Made by a program: the position numbers and the translations under genes. The notes beneath the pieces were generated by a model, which saw only the letters and a program-made list of their open reading frames with translations, did not search any database and was not told the origin of the DNA. Below are positions 37,034 to 45,224 of a stretch of 48,853 bases of DNA, in pieces. How positions within the stretch are numbered: the stretch's first letter is position 1; each line of letters opens with the position of its first letter. The DNA is from a virus (Duplodnaviria; Caudoviricetes): positions 1-48,853 of the IMG/VR virus record IMGVR_UViG_3300027265_000001, one strand, 5' to 3'.

Positions 37034-37070
37034 TTGACATCTATATACTATATAATATATACTATATATA
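37034..37070 (+). promoter_or_regulatory. Promoter for the ncRNA/tRNA-Pro/terminase transcript
   Basis: TTGACA 37034; TATAAT 37051 and TATACT 37058. Confidence 0.65.
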
Positions 37071-37356
37071 GAACACTGAGCCAATTTAACGATTTGCTGT
37101 ATAACCAGTGCTCTGCTATGTGGGTCTGAGAGTTTGGCTACCCCCTTTCTCTCGGGCACACTACCATGAAGCGAGACCCCCGCAGGGGGATCAACGATGG
37201 GGAGGGTCCATCCCGCTTCACCTTAAAAATTTAGATTCTGGGCTTCAGGCGGGGTGATAGGACAATCCTCATGAGATTGTCTGAAATTGGTAAATCAGCC
37301 GTTCGCGGTTGTGGGGAAGTCATGAGCCTAGGGCACCCCACCTAAAGCCCAGAATC
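37071..37356 (+). ncRNA. Block of structured non-coding RNA elements
   Basis: Four consecutive closed domains, including TGAAGCG/CGCTTCA and GATTCTGGGCTT/AAGCCCAGAATC stems; no ORF. Confidence 0.6.
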
Positions 37357-37360
37357 ATAT

Positions 37361-37437
37361 CAGAGTGTAGCGCAGTTGGCTAGCGCGCGCGGTTTGGATC
37401 CGCGAGGTCGCAGGTTCGAGTCCTGCCACTTTGACCA
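37361..37437 (+). tRNA. tRNA-Pro(UGG)
   Basis: CAGAGTG/CACTTTG, loop TT-TGG-AT, C1-G72, A73, CCA. Confidence 0.92.
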
Positions 37438-37471
37438 AAATTATAACTAAACAACAGAAAGAAGGGTTCGG

Positions 37472-37777
37472 ATGCCGACAGTAGGAGTATATTTAAGTAA
37501 TTCAACTTATATGAAGTTGATGGGAAAACACGGGAATAAGATCGGGAAGCACATCTCTGGGCTTGCTGATAAAGACGCCGCGGGCAAAATGGACTCGCTC
37601 AAAGAGGATGCCAGAATTATGGATTCTCTAGTTGAGCCAGTTCCGATGCCAGATATTAAGCACTCGAAACTTACCCCGCCCAAGAAACCGAATAAGGTTA
37701 TAAATAAAAAGACCGGTGAGATCACCATCGTAGAGTCAGAGGATGCCGCGATGGAAGAATTGATGGGAGGTCTATAA
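37472..37777 (+). CDS. Hypothetical protein with an RHH-like N-terminus
   Basis: MPTVGVYLSNSTYMKL strand-helix pattern. Confidence 0.6.
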   Translation: MPTVGVYLSNSTYMKLMGKHGNKIGKHISGLADKDAAGKMDSLKEDARIMDSLVEPVPMPDIKHSKLTPPKKPNKVINKKTGEITIVESEDAAMEELMGGL

Positions 37778-37947
37778 TGAGACAAGGAACTGTTACCCTG
37801 ACGCCCGATGAGGCGATGCAGGGTATTTATATGGCCGCTCTCAAGAAGGCAGGACTGAAAGGGGCTTTCGCCTGTTCGATGGAGGATGGCGAAGACGACT
37901 CGGTTATAGTAACTTACGAGGAGGAAGAGGATGTTGAATCAGCTTAA
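37777..37947 (+). CDS. 56-aa acidic hypothetical protein
   Basis: GGAGG RBS, TAATG coupling; below the track cutoff. Confidence 0.6.
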   Translation: MRQGTVTLTPDEAMQGIYMAALKKAGLKGAFACSMEDGEDDSVIVTYEEEEDVESA

Positions 37948-38041
37948 AGGTTTCATATTCAGTTTGGTATTCGGAGCTGCATTATTCTGGGCAGGTATCG
38001 GATTGCTCGTCCTAGCCTTGTGGATAAAGATAGCGCTATGA
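37931..38041 (+). CDS. 36-aa membrane peptide
   Basis: GAGGAGG-type RBS; hydrophobic; ATGA overlap with the next gene. Confidence 0.5.
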   Translation: MLNQLKGFIFSLVFGAALFWAGIGLLVLALWIKIAL

Positions 38042-38403
38042 AGAAGCCGGATTTAGACTATACCCTAGTGGAGCGGGTCTATAATGTCTCGCGGCAGAGC
38101 ATCTACAACTGGACTAAAAAGGGCACGGAACTAGACGAGCTTGCTAAGCGCGGCATCGCTATCTCGCCCACATACCTCGAGGAGATGTTCCAGTTTGTGA
38201 ATCCAAAGCGTTTTGACGATCTATCGAAGATGCCCCCGGGCAAGCTTGTCCCCGCCGAAATACTCTGGCTTCAGATGGCCTACAGTTACCCCGGTGGCCC
38301 AGTGATAGATCCACGGCCAAGAAAGAATGCTTTGAAGGGAGTGTATTACGATGAAAAAGATAGGAGATGGTATCCGAGACCATTCGTCAAACTCCCGGGT
38401 TAA
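38038..38403 (+). CDS. HTH-containing protein
   Basis: 'VERVYNVSRQSIYNW' helix-turn-helix. Confidence 0.6.
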   Translation: MKKPDLDYTLVERVYNVSRQSIYNWTKKGTELDELAKRGIAISPTYLEEMFQFVNPKRFDDLSKMPPGKLVPAEILWLQMAYSYPGGPVIDPRPRKNALKGVYYDEKDRRWYPRPFVKLPG

Positions 38404-38950
38404 TCAGAAGCTTATCGCAGAAGTAGGAAGAATCAACGGGAAACTAGACGATCTTAGAAAAAGGGGAATGATTGTTCAGGGATTAAGGAAAATATCATAT
38501 CAACAGCTAGAGTTTATGCGGCACTACCTAGCATGTGGAGATCCAGAGAAAGCCGCATTCGCAGCGAACGTAAATATAAAGCATAAAAGATCCGCAAGGA
38601 AATGGGGAATGAAACAGTTGGAAAATCCATTCGTTCAGACTACAATTAAGAAGGCCCTAGAGGGGGAATCAAGACTATCGCCAGATAAAATCGCGGCGAA
38701 GATTGGTGATGCTTTTGAAGAAGCTGTTACGGTAAATGACATCGTTAAGGTGGCTGAGTATGTTACAAAAGCCAGAGGGGAAATGAATGACGGGAACAAG
38801 ATTGGGGTTAATGTCGGCATCGGAGTTATCGGAGGTCAATCGACTGAAGAACTTGAGAAGCAGTTTGCTATCCTCACTGCTAGCGGAGAAGAGCAACCCA
38901 TCGGACGAGGAGGGGATGAAACTAGCCTCCTTGATGAAATTACTATCTGA
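38351..38950 (+). CDS. terS: Terminase small subunit
   Basis: 'QQLEFMRHYL..GDPEKAAFAA...GMKQLENPFVQTTI' motif; precedes the large terminase. Confidence 0.75.
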   Translation: MKKIGDGIRDHSSNSRVNQKLIAEVGRINGKLDDLRKRGMIVQGLRKISYQQLEFMRHYLACGDPEKAAFAANVNIKHKRSARKWGMKQLENPFVQTTIKKALEGESRLSPDKIAAKIGDAFEEAVTVNDIVKVAEYVTKARGEMNDGNKIGVNVGIGVIGGQSTEELEKQFAILTASGEEQPIGRGGDETSLLDEITI

Positions 38951-40358
38951 GACCGAAGCTAAACTCGGACTCTTAAATTTTGACTTCTTCAATGAATTTA
39001 TATTAGGTTGTGGGAATATCGATGATGTTCACCACGATCTTTGCGAACGTGCTCAATATGGTCCACATAGACAGATGGACCTCATCCCCCGTGGTCATCT
39101 GAAGACCCAGATTAAGACTATCGGGTATTCTTGTTGGCGTATTATAAAAGATCCGAACATTCGTATCTGTTTGATGTCCGCTAAAAACGATCTGGCTGAA
39201 TCATTCTTGACTGCTATTAAGTCTCACTTCGAATCCAACCAGAAACTCAGGATGTATTACGGGGACTTTGTAGGCAAGAAATGGAATGAGGGCGAGATAG
39301 TGGTCAGCAAGCGCGACAAGACCTCACTGAAGGAGCCTACAGTGATCTGCGCGGGTGTTGGAACGTCTCTTACGTCTCAGCATTACGACCTTATCATCCC
39401 AGACGATATTGTGAATGAAACTAACGTTACCACCAAAGAGCAAATCGACAAGGTTAAAGAATATTGGGGGCTTTGTCAGTCTCTGGGTGATGGTGACCAG
39501 ACCGATTGGCGTATTACCGGGACCCGTTACCACGATTCTGACCTTTATGGAGATTTGATTGAGAAGAATGATGCGGCACCAAAGCCATATTCAATTTATA
39601 TTCGGGCGGTTATCGAAAATGGTAAGCCAATTTGGCCGTTCAAGTTCAACTTAGAGCATATCGCTGACCTTCGTTCAAACCAGAGCGCCTATACTTTCTC
39701 ATGCCAGTATTATAATGACCCAATCAATGCTGAAGATGCCGATTTCAAGAAGGAATGGGTTCAATACTACGATGATGACGACCTGAAGGACGACCGCGGG
39801 AACGAAATCAAGAAGGTAAATCACTTCATTACGCTTGATCCGGCTATCGGGCAGGGCGAGCGCAACGATGATACCGTTTTCTGCCAGTGCGCGGTTGATG
39901 AAGATAACAACTGGTATGTTTCCTTTCCATCGGTGGGCAAATTTACGCCAGCTTCCACCGTGGATAAGATATTCGAGCACGATGAGGAGTATAAACCGAA
40001 GACTACCGGCATCGAGGGCGTCTCATTCCAGAAGGTTCTACAGTATATGGTCCACACCAAGGAACGTGAGCTTAATAACTTTATTCCTATTACCGAACTG
40101 AAGCCAAACGCGAGATCAAAGGTAAATCGCATAAGGGGATTACAACCTCGCTTTGAAAATGGTATAATATATATACGCAGAGATGATAAGAATACAGAAA
40201 AGTTCGTTGACCAGTTGCTTCGCTTCCCGACAGGTAAGCATGACGACATGATTGACGCGCTTGCCTATATGCTGGACATCGCATATCCACCACGCAAGAA
40301 AGACAAAGACAAACGCAAACCGAAACGCAAGCCCATGGATAATATAACGAATTATTAG
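38916..40358 (+). CDS. terL: Terminase large subunit (start may be as early as 38787)
   Basis: PRGHLKT Walker A, LIIPDD Walker B, GTRYH..DLYG, LDPA nuclease, FPTGKHDDMIDALAY. Confidence 0.95.
   Translation: MKLASLMKLLSETEAKLGLLNFDFFNEFILGCGNIDDVHHDLCERAQYGPHRQMDLIPRGHLKTQIKTIGYSCWRIIKDPNIRICLMSAKNDLAESFLTAIKSHFESNQKLRMYYGDFVGKKWNEGEIVVSKRDKTSLKEPTVICAGVGTSLTSQHYDLIIPDDIVNETNVTTKEQIDKVKEYWGLCQSLGDGDQTDWRITGTRYHDSDLYGDLIEKNDAAPKPYSIYIRAVIENGKPIWPFKFNLEHIADLRSNQSAYTFSCQYYNDPINAEDADFKKEWVQYYDDDDLKDDRGNEIKKVNHFITLDPAIGQGERNDDTVFCQCAVDEDNNWYVSFPSVGKFTPASTVDKIFEHDEEYKPKTTGIEGVSFQKVLQYMVHTKERELNNFIPITELKPNARSKVNRIRGLQPRFENGIIYIRRDDKNTEKFVDQLLRFPTGKHDDMIDALAYMLDIAYPPRKKDKDKRKPKRKPMDNITNY
40156..40175 (+). 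promoter_or_regulatory. Recurrent promoter inside terL, probably driving the portal
   Basis: TTACAA-N17-TATAAT with AAAATGGTATAATATATATA. Confidence 0.6.
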
Positions 40359-40369
40359 AGGGGAAAAGA

Positions 40370-42547
40370 ATGGCCGTAGAAACAATTGAACCGACCGAGG
40401 CAGTAGACAAGGTCGCACCGGATTCGACTGAAGGGGAAACAGTCGAAAAAACACTGGTCCAGTCATGGTATCCTTCCTTTTTAGATAAAGAAACAGACGG
40501 CACTGATGGTGAAAAAGCTCAAGCATGGGTTCTCGCTAGACGCAAGTCTATGGCCGCAGCCCGTGAACAATACGAGGCTATTTGGCGTGCCAATGAAGAT
40601 GCCTACCTAGTCAAGCAGGGAACTACCGTAGTTGGTGAAGAGTGGCGATCTACTATGACCGTCCCACTTACACACGGAATGATTGAAACTGTAGTAGCCG
40701 AGTATGCTGACAGTCAGCCAAAGTCATTCATCGATGCTGGTCAGGAAGCCTACACCGAGGGTGCTAAGATAATCAAAGACATCGAGAAGTATACCCTGAT
40801 GAAGGGTGACGCCGAGCTCGAAGATAACATCGCCTATCGCTCGATGGGTATGTATGGAACCGTAGTCGCATGGGAATACTACCGTGAAGACCCAGTTATC
40901 ATTAAAGAACTCAAGGCTGTGGATAAAAACGGGGTAAAAACTTGGGACATCTATGAGACTACCGAGTTCAACGATCCATACCGTAAGGTGCTTTCACCTT
41001 GGGACTTCTACCCACATGAAGCCGCTACTACTATGAATAACATGATCGACTGTATCCGCCGTGAGACCTTCGAACTTCATGTATTTAAGAACATCTACAA
41101 GAAATATAAAGCCTCAGAGACCGTTACTGCTGGTGGTGAGACCGATCAAAAAGAGCCAAATCCACGTCCTACCGGTGATTCTGGTAAGGCAATGGTGGAA
41201 GTGCTTCACTATTACAACAAACCAGAGGATACCTATTGGATTGTCGCTAACGGCGTGCTTTTGAATGAGTTCGAGGCTGCTTTACCAGATGACCACAAGA
41301 TGCTTCCTTTTGCCGAGGGTTGCTATCTGAAGAGACTTAACCATTTCTGGGGTCTATCACTGGCTGAAATCATCGCTGGGACTCAATCAGAGCTTAATAC
41401 TCTACGCAGATTGCGTATGGACAGGGCTAAGCTCAACATTGCTAAGGTCTTCTTGATCTCAGAGCGTGCCGATATTGATGATGATGAACTCCTAGTTCGT
41501 CCGGGACTTCGCATCAACGTTCAAGACCCTAACAATTCAGTAAAAACACTCGACTTTTCAGACACAGGGATGTCAGCATACAAGGAAGAAGACGCTCTTC
41601 TAGAGGATGCTAGGCTTGGAACCGGTGTTTCTAACCCTTCAATGGCCTCAACTACGGGCGCAACTGCCACTGAAAGCGCTATTGTGAAGGAATCTACCCT
41701 AAAAAGAGTCCGTGCGGGTATGAATATCTACCGAATTACATTCACAAACCGCCTTGGAAGGCTCCGTTTAGCCAATATTCTGGCCTATTATCGTGATCCA
41801 GTGCGTGTAAACGAGGTTACTGGCAAGGATGGTAAGCTAAAAACCTACGCTATTTACCGCCAAATACAGGTTGAGGACCCTAAAACTGGTGCTCTAAGCT
41901 CAATTACGGTCTCTCCAGATGAAATCCGCGGCGAATATCACTACAGAACTCAGTCTATGAGCTCAATTCCACTATCAAAAGCGCTTGAAGAGCAACGTTC
42001 AGAGATGCTATTTGACAGATTCATTCAATTACCAGTGGTAGATCCTACTAAAGCCGTTAAATGGCTGATGAAAAAGCACAATGAAGAGGCTTCTGACGTG
42101 CTTATGGACAACATCGACACCGCTGGTCCAGAGTTAGCCGAGGAAGAAAACGCTAGAATGATGCAAGGTGGTCAACTACCGGGCACTATCGGAGCTACTC
42201 CAGAGCATACCGCGAAGCACATGCTGTTTATTGAGGCTAATGCTTGGACTATCTCACCTAATATTGATGCGATATTTACTGCACACGTCAACGCAGAGCT
42301 TAATCCTACAATGCCGAAGGGTGTTGGGACCCTAGCCGCTCCAGTTGGAGCTGACGGGGCTCCTATGAGCACCGGAGTTGCGCCTGAAGCTGGTCAAATG
42401 ACTGGCGCAGAAGGTGGCGCTCCAGTTACTCCGGGTGGAATGCCAACAGCGGCCGGTATCCCGGGCCAACCACAAGGCGGAAATCCAATGTTACCAGATA
42501 TGAGTTTTGATCAACAACAAGGTGGCGTGAATGCGTCTATAGCATAA
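40370..42547 (+). CDS. Portal protein (P22/SU10-like)
   Basis: Follows terL; 'LSPWDFYP', 'FWGLSLAEII..Q.ELN', 'TATES' motifs; Pro/Gly/Gln tail. Confidence 0.88.
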   Translation: MAVETIEPTEAVDKVAPDSTEGETVEKTLVQSWYPSFLDKETDGTDGEKAQAWVLARRKSMAAAREQYEAIWRANEDAYLVKQGTTVVGEEWRSTMTVPLTHGMIETVVAEYADSQPKSFIDAGQEAYTEGAKIIKDIEKYTLMKGDAELEDNIAYRSMGMYGTVVAWEYYREDPVIIKELKAVDKNGVKTWDIYETTEFNDPYRKVLSPWDFYPHEAATTMNNMIDCIRRETFELHVFKNIYKKYKASETVTAGGETDQKEPNPRPTGDSGKAMVEVLHYYNKPEDTYWIVANGVLLNEFEAALPDDHKMLPFAEGCYLKRLNHFWGLSLAEIIAGTQSELNTLRRLRMDRAKLNIAKVFLISERADIDDDELLVRPGLRINVQDPNNSVKTLDFSDTGMSAYKEEDALLEDARLGTGVSNPSMASTTGATATESAIVKESTLKRVRAGMNIYRITFTNRLGRLRLANILAYYRDPVRVNEVTGKDGKLKTYAIYRQIQVEDPKTGALSSITVSPDEIRGEYHYRTQSMSSIPLSKALEEQRSEMLFDRFIQLPVVDPTKAVKWLMKKHNEEASDVLMDNIDTAGPELAEEENARMMQGGQLPGTIGATPEHTAKHMLFIEANAWTISPNIDAIFTAHVNAELNPTMPKGVGTLAAPVGADGAPMSTGVAPEAGQMTGAEGGAPVTPGGMPTAAGIPGQPQGGNPMLPDMSFDQQQGGVNASIA

Positions 42548-42563
42548 AAGAAAGGGGTTCGGC

Positions 42564-42851
42564 ATGTCGACCGTTTTAGGAAAGGTAACCTACGCAGACC
42601 GAGAGGCGCTCTCGAATATCTATCACAGTAAGGATTGGGAAGTGTTCGTCCGTATATTCGGAGAAAACGAGCGTCATGCAATCCACGTCCAGATGGAAAA
42701 TGACAATAACATGGGTGATGTCATGTTCGATCAGGGGCAAATCCACATGATAAAGAAAATTATTAAAGGTATAACTGAAGCAGGAAGAAGCTTCGATAGA
42801 GAGGAAGATCCAAATGGCAACAAAGAAAACACCACAGTCTATAACGGTTAG
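42564..42851 (+). CDS. Small post-portal protein (Bbp19-like position)
   Basis: AAGGGG RBS; 'FDQGQIHMIKKII' helix. Confidence 0.6.
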   Translation: MSTVLGKVTYADREALSNIYHSKDWEVFVRIFGENERHAIHVQMENDNNMGDVMFDQGQIHMIKKIIKGITEAGRSFDREEDPNGNKENTTVYNG

Positions 42852-43074
42852 TCCAGAGTTAAACCAAGCTTTCAGAGCGAAGGTTGACCAGCTCGTTGAG
42901 TGGGGCCTTGATAATGGTATCAAAATTGATGCCTACATCGATGTCACAATCAACGGCATAATCCCAATGATCTCGTATGAGCCACTGAATGATGTCCAAA
43001 AGGCCCAATACGCAGAGCATAAGAAACTACTTATGGAGTCTCTGAAGGTAGAAAAAGATACTATTGCATCCTAA
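42814..43074 (+). CDS. Hypothetical protein
   Basis: GAGGA RBS. Confidence 0.6.
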   Translation: MATKKTPQSITVSPELNQAFRAKVDQLVEWGLDNGIKIDAYIDVTINGIIPMISYEPLNDVQKAQYAEHKKLLMESLKVEKDTIAS

Positions 43075-43092
43075 AAAATGATATAAATTGCT

Positions 43093-43500
43093 ATGCTAAG
43101 AAAATGCCAAACATGTGGGACTCGGTTATTTGGAAGGAAACGAAAGTATTGCGACAAAAGATGCTATCCTTCCATGACTTATGCTGCACGAAAGAAGTAT
43201 ACAGGCCCGTATAGTCGCACCGAGACTGGACGATACAAATCATACCAGCAAGGAGCTAAACTAAGGGGTGTAGAGTTCAGTTTAACAGAAACACAGTTTA
43301 AGAGTCTTTGGCAGCTACCCTGCTCATATTGTGGAGATCCGATCGATACCATAGGAATAGATCGTGTGGATAATTCTATTGGATATATCGTTAGTAACAT
43401 CACCCCTTGTTGTGGAGTTTGTAATAGGATGAAGCAACAAAAGACTGTTGCAGAGTTCAAAAATCATGTTAAAAAGATGGTGGACTACATGAAATTGTAG
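43093..43500 (+). CDS. HNH endonuclease (homing-type)
   Basis: CQTC..YCDKRC N-terminal zinc; CSYCG..GIDRVDNSIGY...NITPCCGVCNRMK. Confidence 0.88.
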   Translation: MLRKCQTCGTRLFGRKRKYCDKRCYPSMTYAARKKYTGPYSRTETGRYKSYQQGAKLRGVEFSLTETQFKSLWQLPCSYCGDPIDTIGIDRVDNSIGYIVSNITPCCGVCNRMKQQKTVAEFKNHVKKMVDYMKL

Positions 43501-43556
43501 TATAATATATAGTATAGACAACGCACATTCCACAATTTGCACCTAGACAACACAGA

Positions 43557-43651
43557 GTGTTCGGCAACTATCTGTAAGCTATTTTAGCTTCTGAAGGACT
43601 GCCGAACACCCTTCAGAGCTATAACGGCTTCCAGATAGGAGCCGTTTTTTT
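43557..43651 (+). promoter_or_regulatory. Attenuator-like leader with alternative terminator and antiterminator folds
   Basis: Downstream of TATAAT 43501; long hairpin 43568-43638 overlaps terminator 43623-43651; GTGTTCGGCA/TGCCGAACAC complementarity. Confidence 0.7.
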
Positions 43652-43660
43652 ATGTTTATA

Positions 43661-43729
43661 AACCGCCTAAGCCTTCACAAGAAGGAGGGCAGGAATAATC
43701 TAACCGCCTAAGCTCGCACAGAGAGGGCA
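43661..43729 (+). repeat. Tandem hairpin motif AACCGCCTAAGC...GAGGGCA, two copies
   Basis: Copies at 43661-43691 and 43702-43729. Confidence 0.8.
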
Positions 43730-43745
43730 AAGAAAGGACAGTAAG

Positions 43746-44789
43746 ATGTCAATGAAACCAGACTTAGTCGCACCCGAGGAGAACGTAACCGAAATCAATC
43801 TGGATGGGCCAGATGCCGAGGACGTAAAAACCGGAGACGCTGATGAAGATCAGTTCAACGGGGAAAACATCCTAGATGATGAAAAAGACCAAAAAATCAT
43901 GGAGGCTTTCGGACTGAAACCAGAGGATGTGAAAGAAGAGGTTGATCCTGATGAGAAGAAGGATCCGGAATCGGACGAGGACAAACCTGAGGTAACTGAA
44001 ACTCCAGAGGAGAAGGAAGCCAAGGAGAAAGAATCGAAAGAGGACGTGAAAGAACCCGTTACTATAGATTGGGAATCTGAAGAAAATCCTTATAAAAGGG
44101 ATTACAACGCTTCAGCCCGAGAAGTAAACGAAGTTCTGTTACCCGCTAAAGTAGAGCGTGACGCCCTTCTAGCCGAGAAAGCATCTCGAGGAGACTGGGA
44201 AAAGGAACGTGACGAAATCCGTGGGATACTCAGGAGCAATCCTGAACTGACAAAGATGTTTCTCGAGCAATCGGAAGTATATGTGCCAGCTCCTACAGAA
44301 AAGCCAGCAAAGGTTAGCAACGAGATCGACCCATCCGTCATAGACGCTGCGGTTGAGAGAAAGCTTGGACCAGCAGGTCTAAAAGCTATCGAAGATGCTA
44401 AAGCTGCCGCCGAGAAGGAAACGATGGACGCCATCGGAGCCTTTGAGACAGCTCACCCGGGCCTTACCCGCGAAGAAAAGGGTATCATCGCAACACAGAC
44501 AGCGATTTTGCAGTCTACTCTGAAACTGCCATTGAATGAAGCTCTCGAGCGCTCATTCAAAGCTACTTACCCAGAGAAGGCAAACGAAGCTGAGCGCAGG
44601 GAAATGGAAGAAGCCGCTCGGGTCCGTGCTGCAAAGCGTGATGGAGCCGTGATTACAACTACAGGGGCATCTCATTCTCAGGGTTCGAAACCTGCTGCAC
44701 CTCAGTTAACTGCTAAGGAGATTAAGATCGCCAAGGCATTCAAGTTGACTCCAGAGGAAATCGTAGCTGGTCGTGATACCGAAGAATAA
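43746..44789 (+). CDS. Capsid scaffolding protein
   Basis: Highly acidic N-terminus, helical body, C-terminal 'LTAKEIKIAKAFKLTPEEI' helix-turn-helix; upstream of the capsid genes. Confidence 0.8.
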   Translation: MSMKPDLVAPEENVTEINLDGPDAEDVKTGDADEDQFNGENILDDEKDQKIMEAFGLKPEDVKEEVDPDEKKDPESDEDKPEVTETPEEKEAKEKESKEDVKEPVTIDWESEENPYKRDYNASAREVNEVLLPAKVERDALLAEKASRGDWEKERDEIRGILRSNPELTKMFLEQSEVYVPAPTEKPAKVSNEIDPSVIDAAVERKLGPAGLKAIEDAKAAAEKETMDAIGAFETAHPGLTREEKGIIATQTAILQSTLKLPLNEALERSFKATYPEKANEAERREMEEAARVRAAKRDGAVITTTGASHSQGSKPAAPQLTAKEIKIAKAFKLTPEEIVAGRDTEE

Positions 44790-44811
44790 ACAATAATTGG
44801 AGACTACTAAT

Positions 44812-45207
44812 ATGAAATCTTATGGATCTCTTAGTGGAAACTTTGAAGGCGCTCTTCAAGAGTTTACAGCCGCTGAAACCATTACTGCTGGTGACCTAGT
44901 CACTCTACAGTCTGGTGAGCTTGCTTGCGCCGCTGCTACAGAGGAAATCTGTGGTGTTGCGACAAACTCTGCTGTGACCGGTGGAAAAGTTCTGGTCAAT
45001 ATTGACCCACTACAAAAATTTGTAATGGTTGCTAGCAACCTTACAGCCGCTATGGTTGGCGAACACATGGACATCGCTGGAACAACTGGCGGGCAATCAG
45101 CTGCCGGTGCAGACCACAAAACTGCTACCGCTCAACTGACACTTATCAAATTTAACTCTGCTACAGAAGGTGTTTTCATTATCAATGAAAACCAACTTCA
45201 GCTTTAA
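44812..45207 (+). CDS. Capsid cement/decoration protein
   Basis: GGAG RBS; 'AAETITAGDLV...ICGVA' motif. Confidence 0.7.
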   Translation: MKSYGSLSGNFEGALQEFTAAETITAGDLVTLQSGELACAAATEEICGVATNSAVTGGKVLVNIDPLQKFVMVASNLTAAMVGEHMDIAGTTGGQSAAGADHKTATAQLTLIKFNSATEGVFIINENQLQL

Positions 45208-45224
45208 GAAAGGGAACATATTAA

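Noticed and set aside
43661-43729. Mini CRISPR array
   Set aside because: Only two short units with a variable interior and a 10-nt gap; no cas genes
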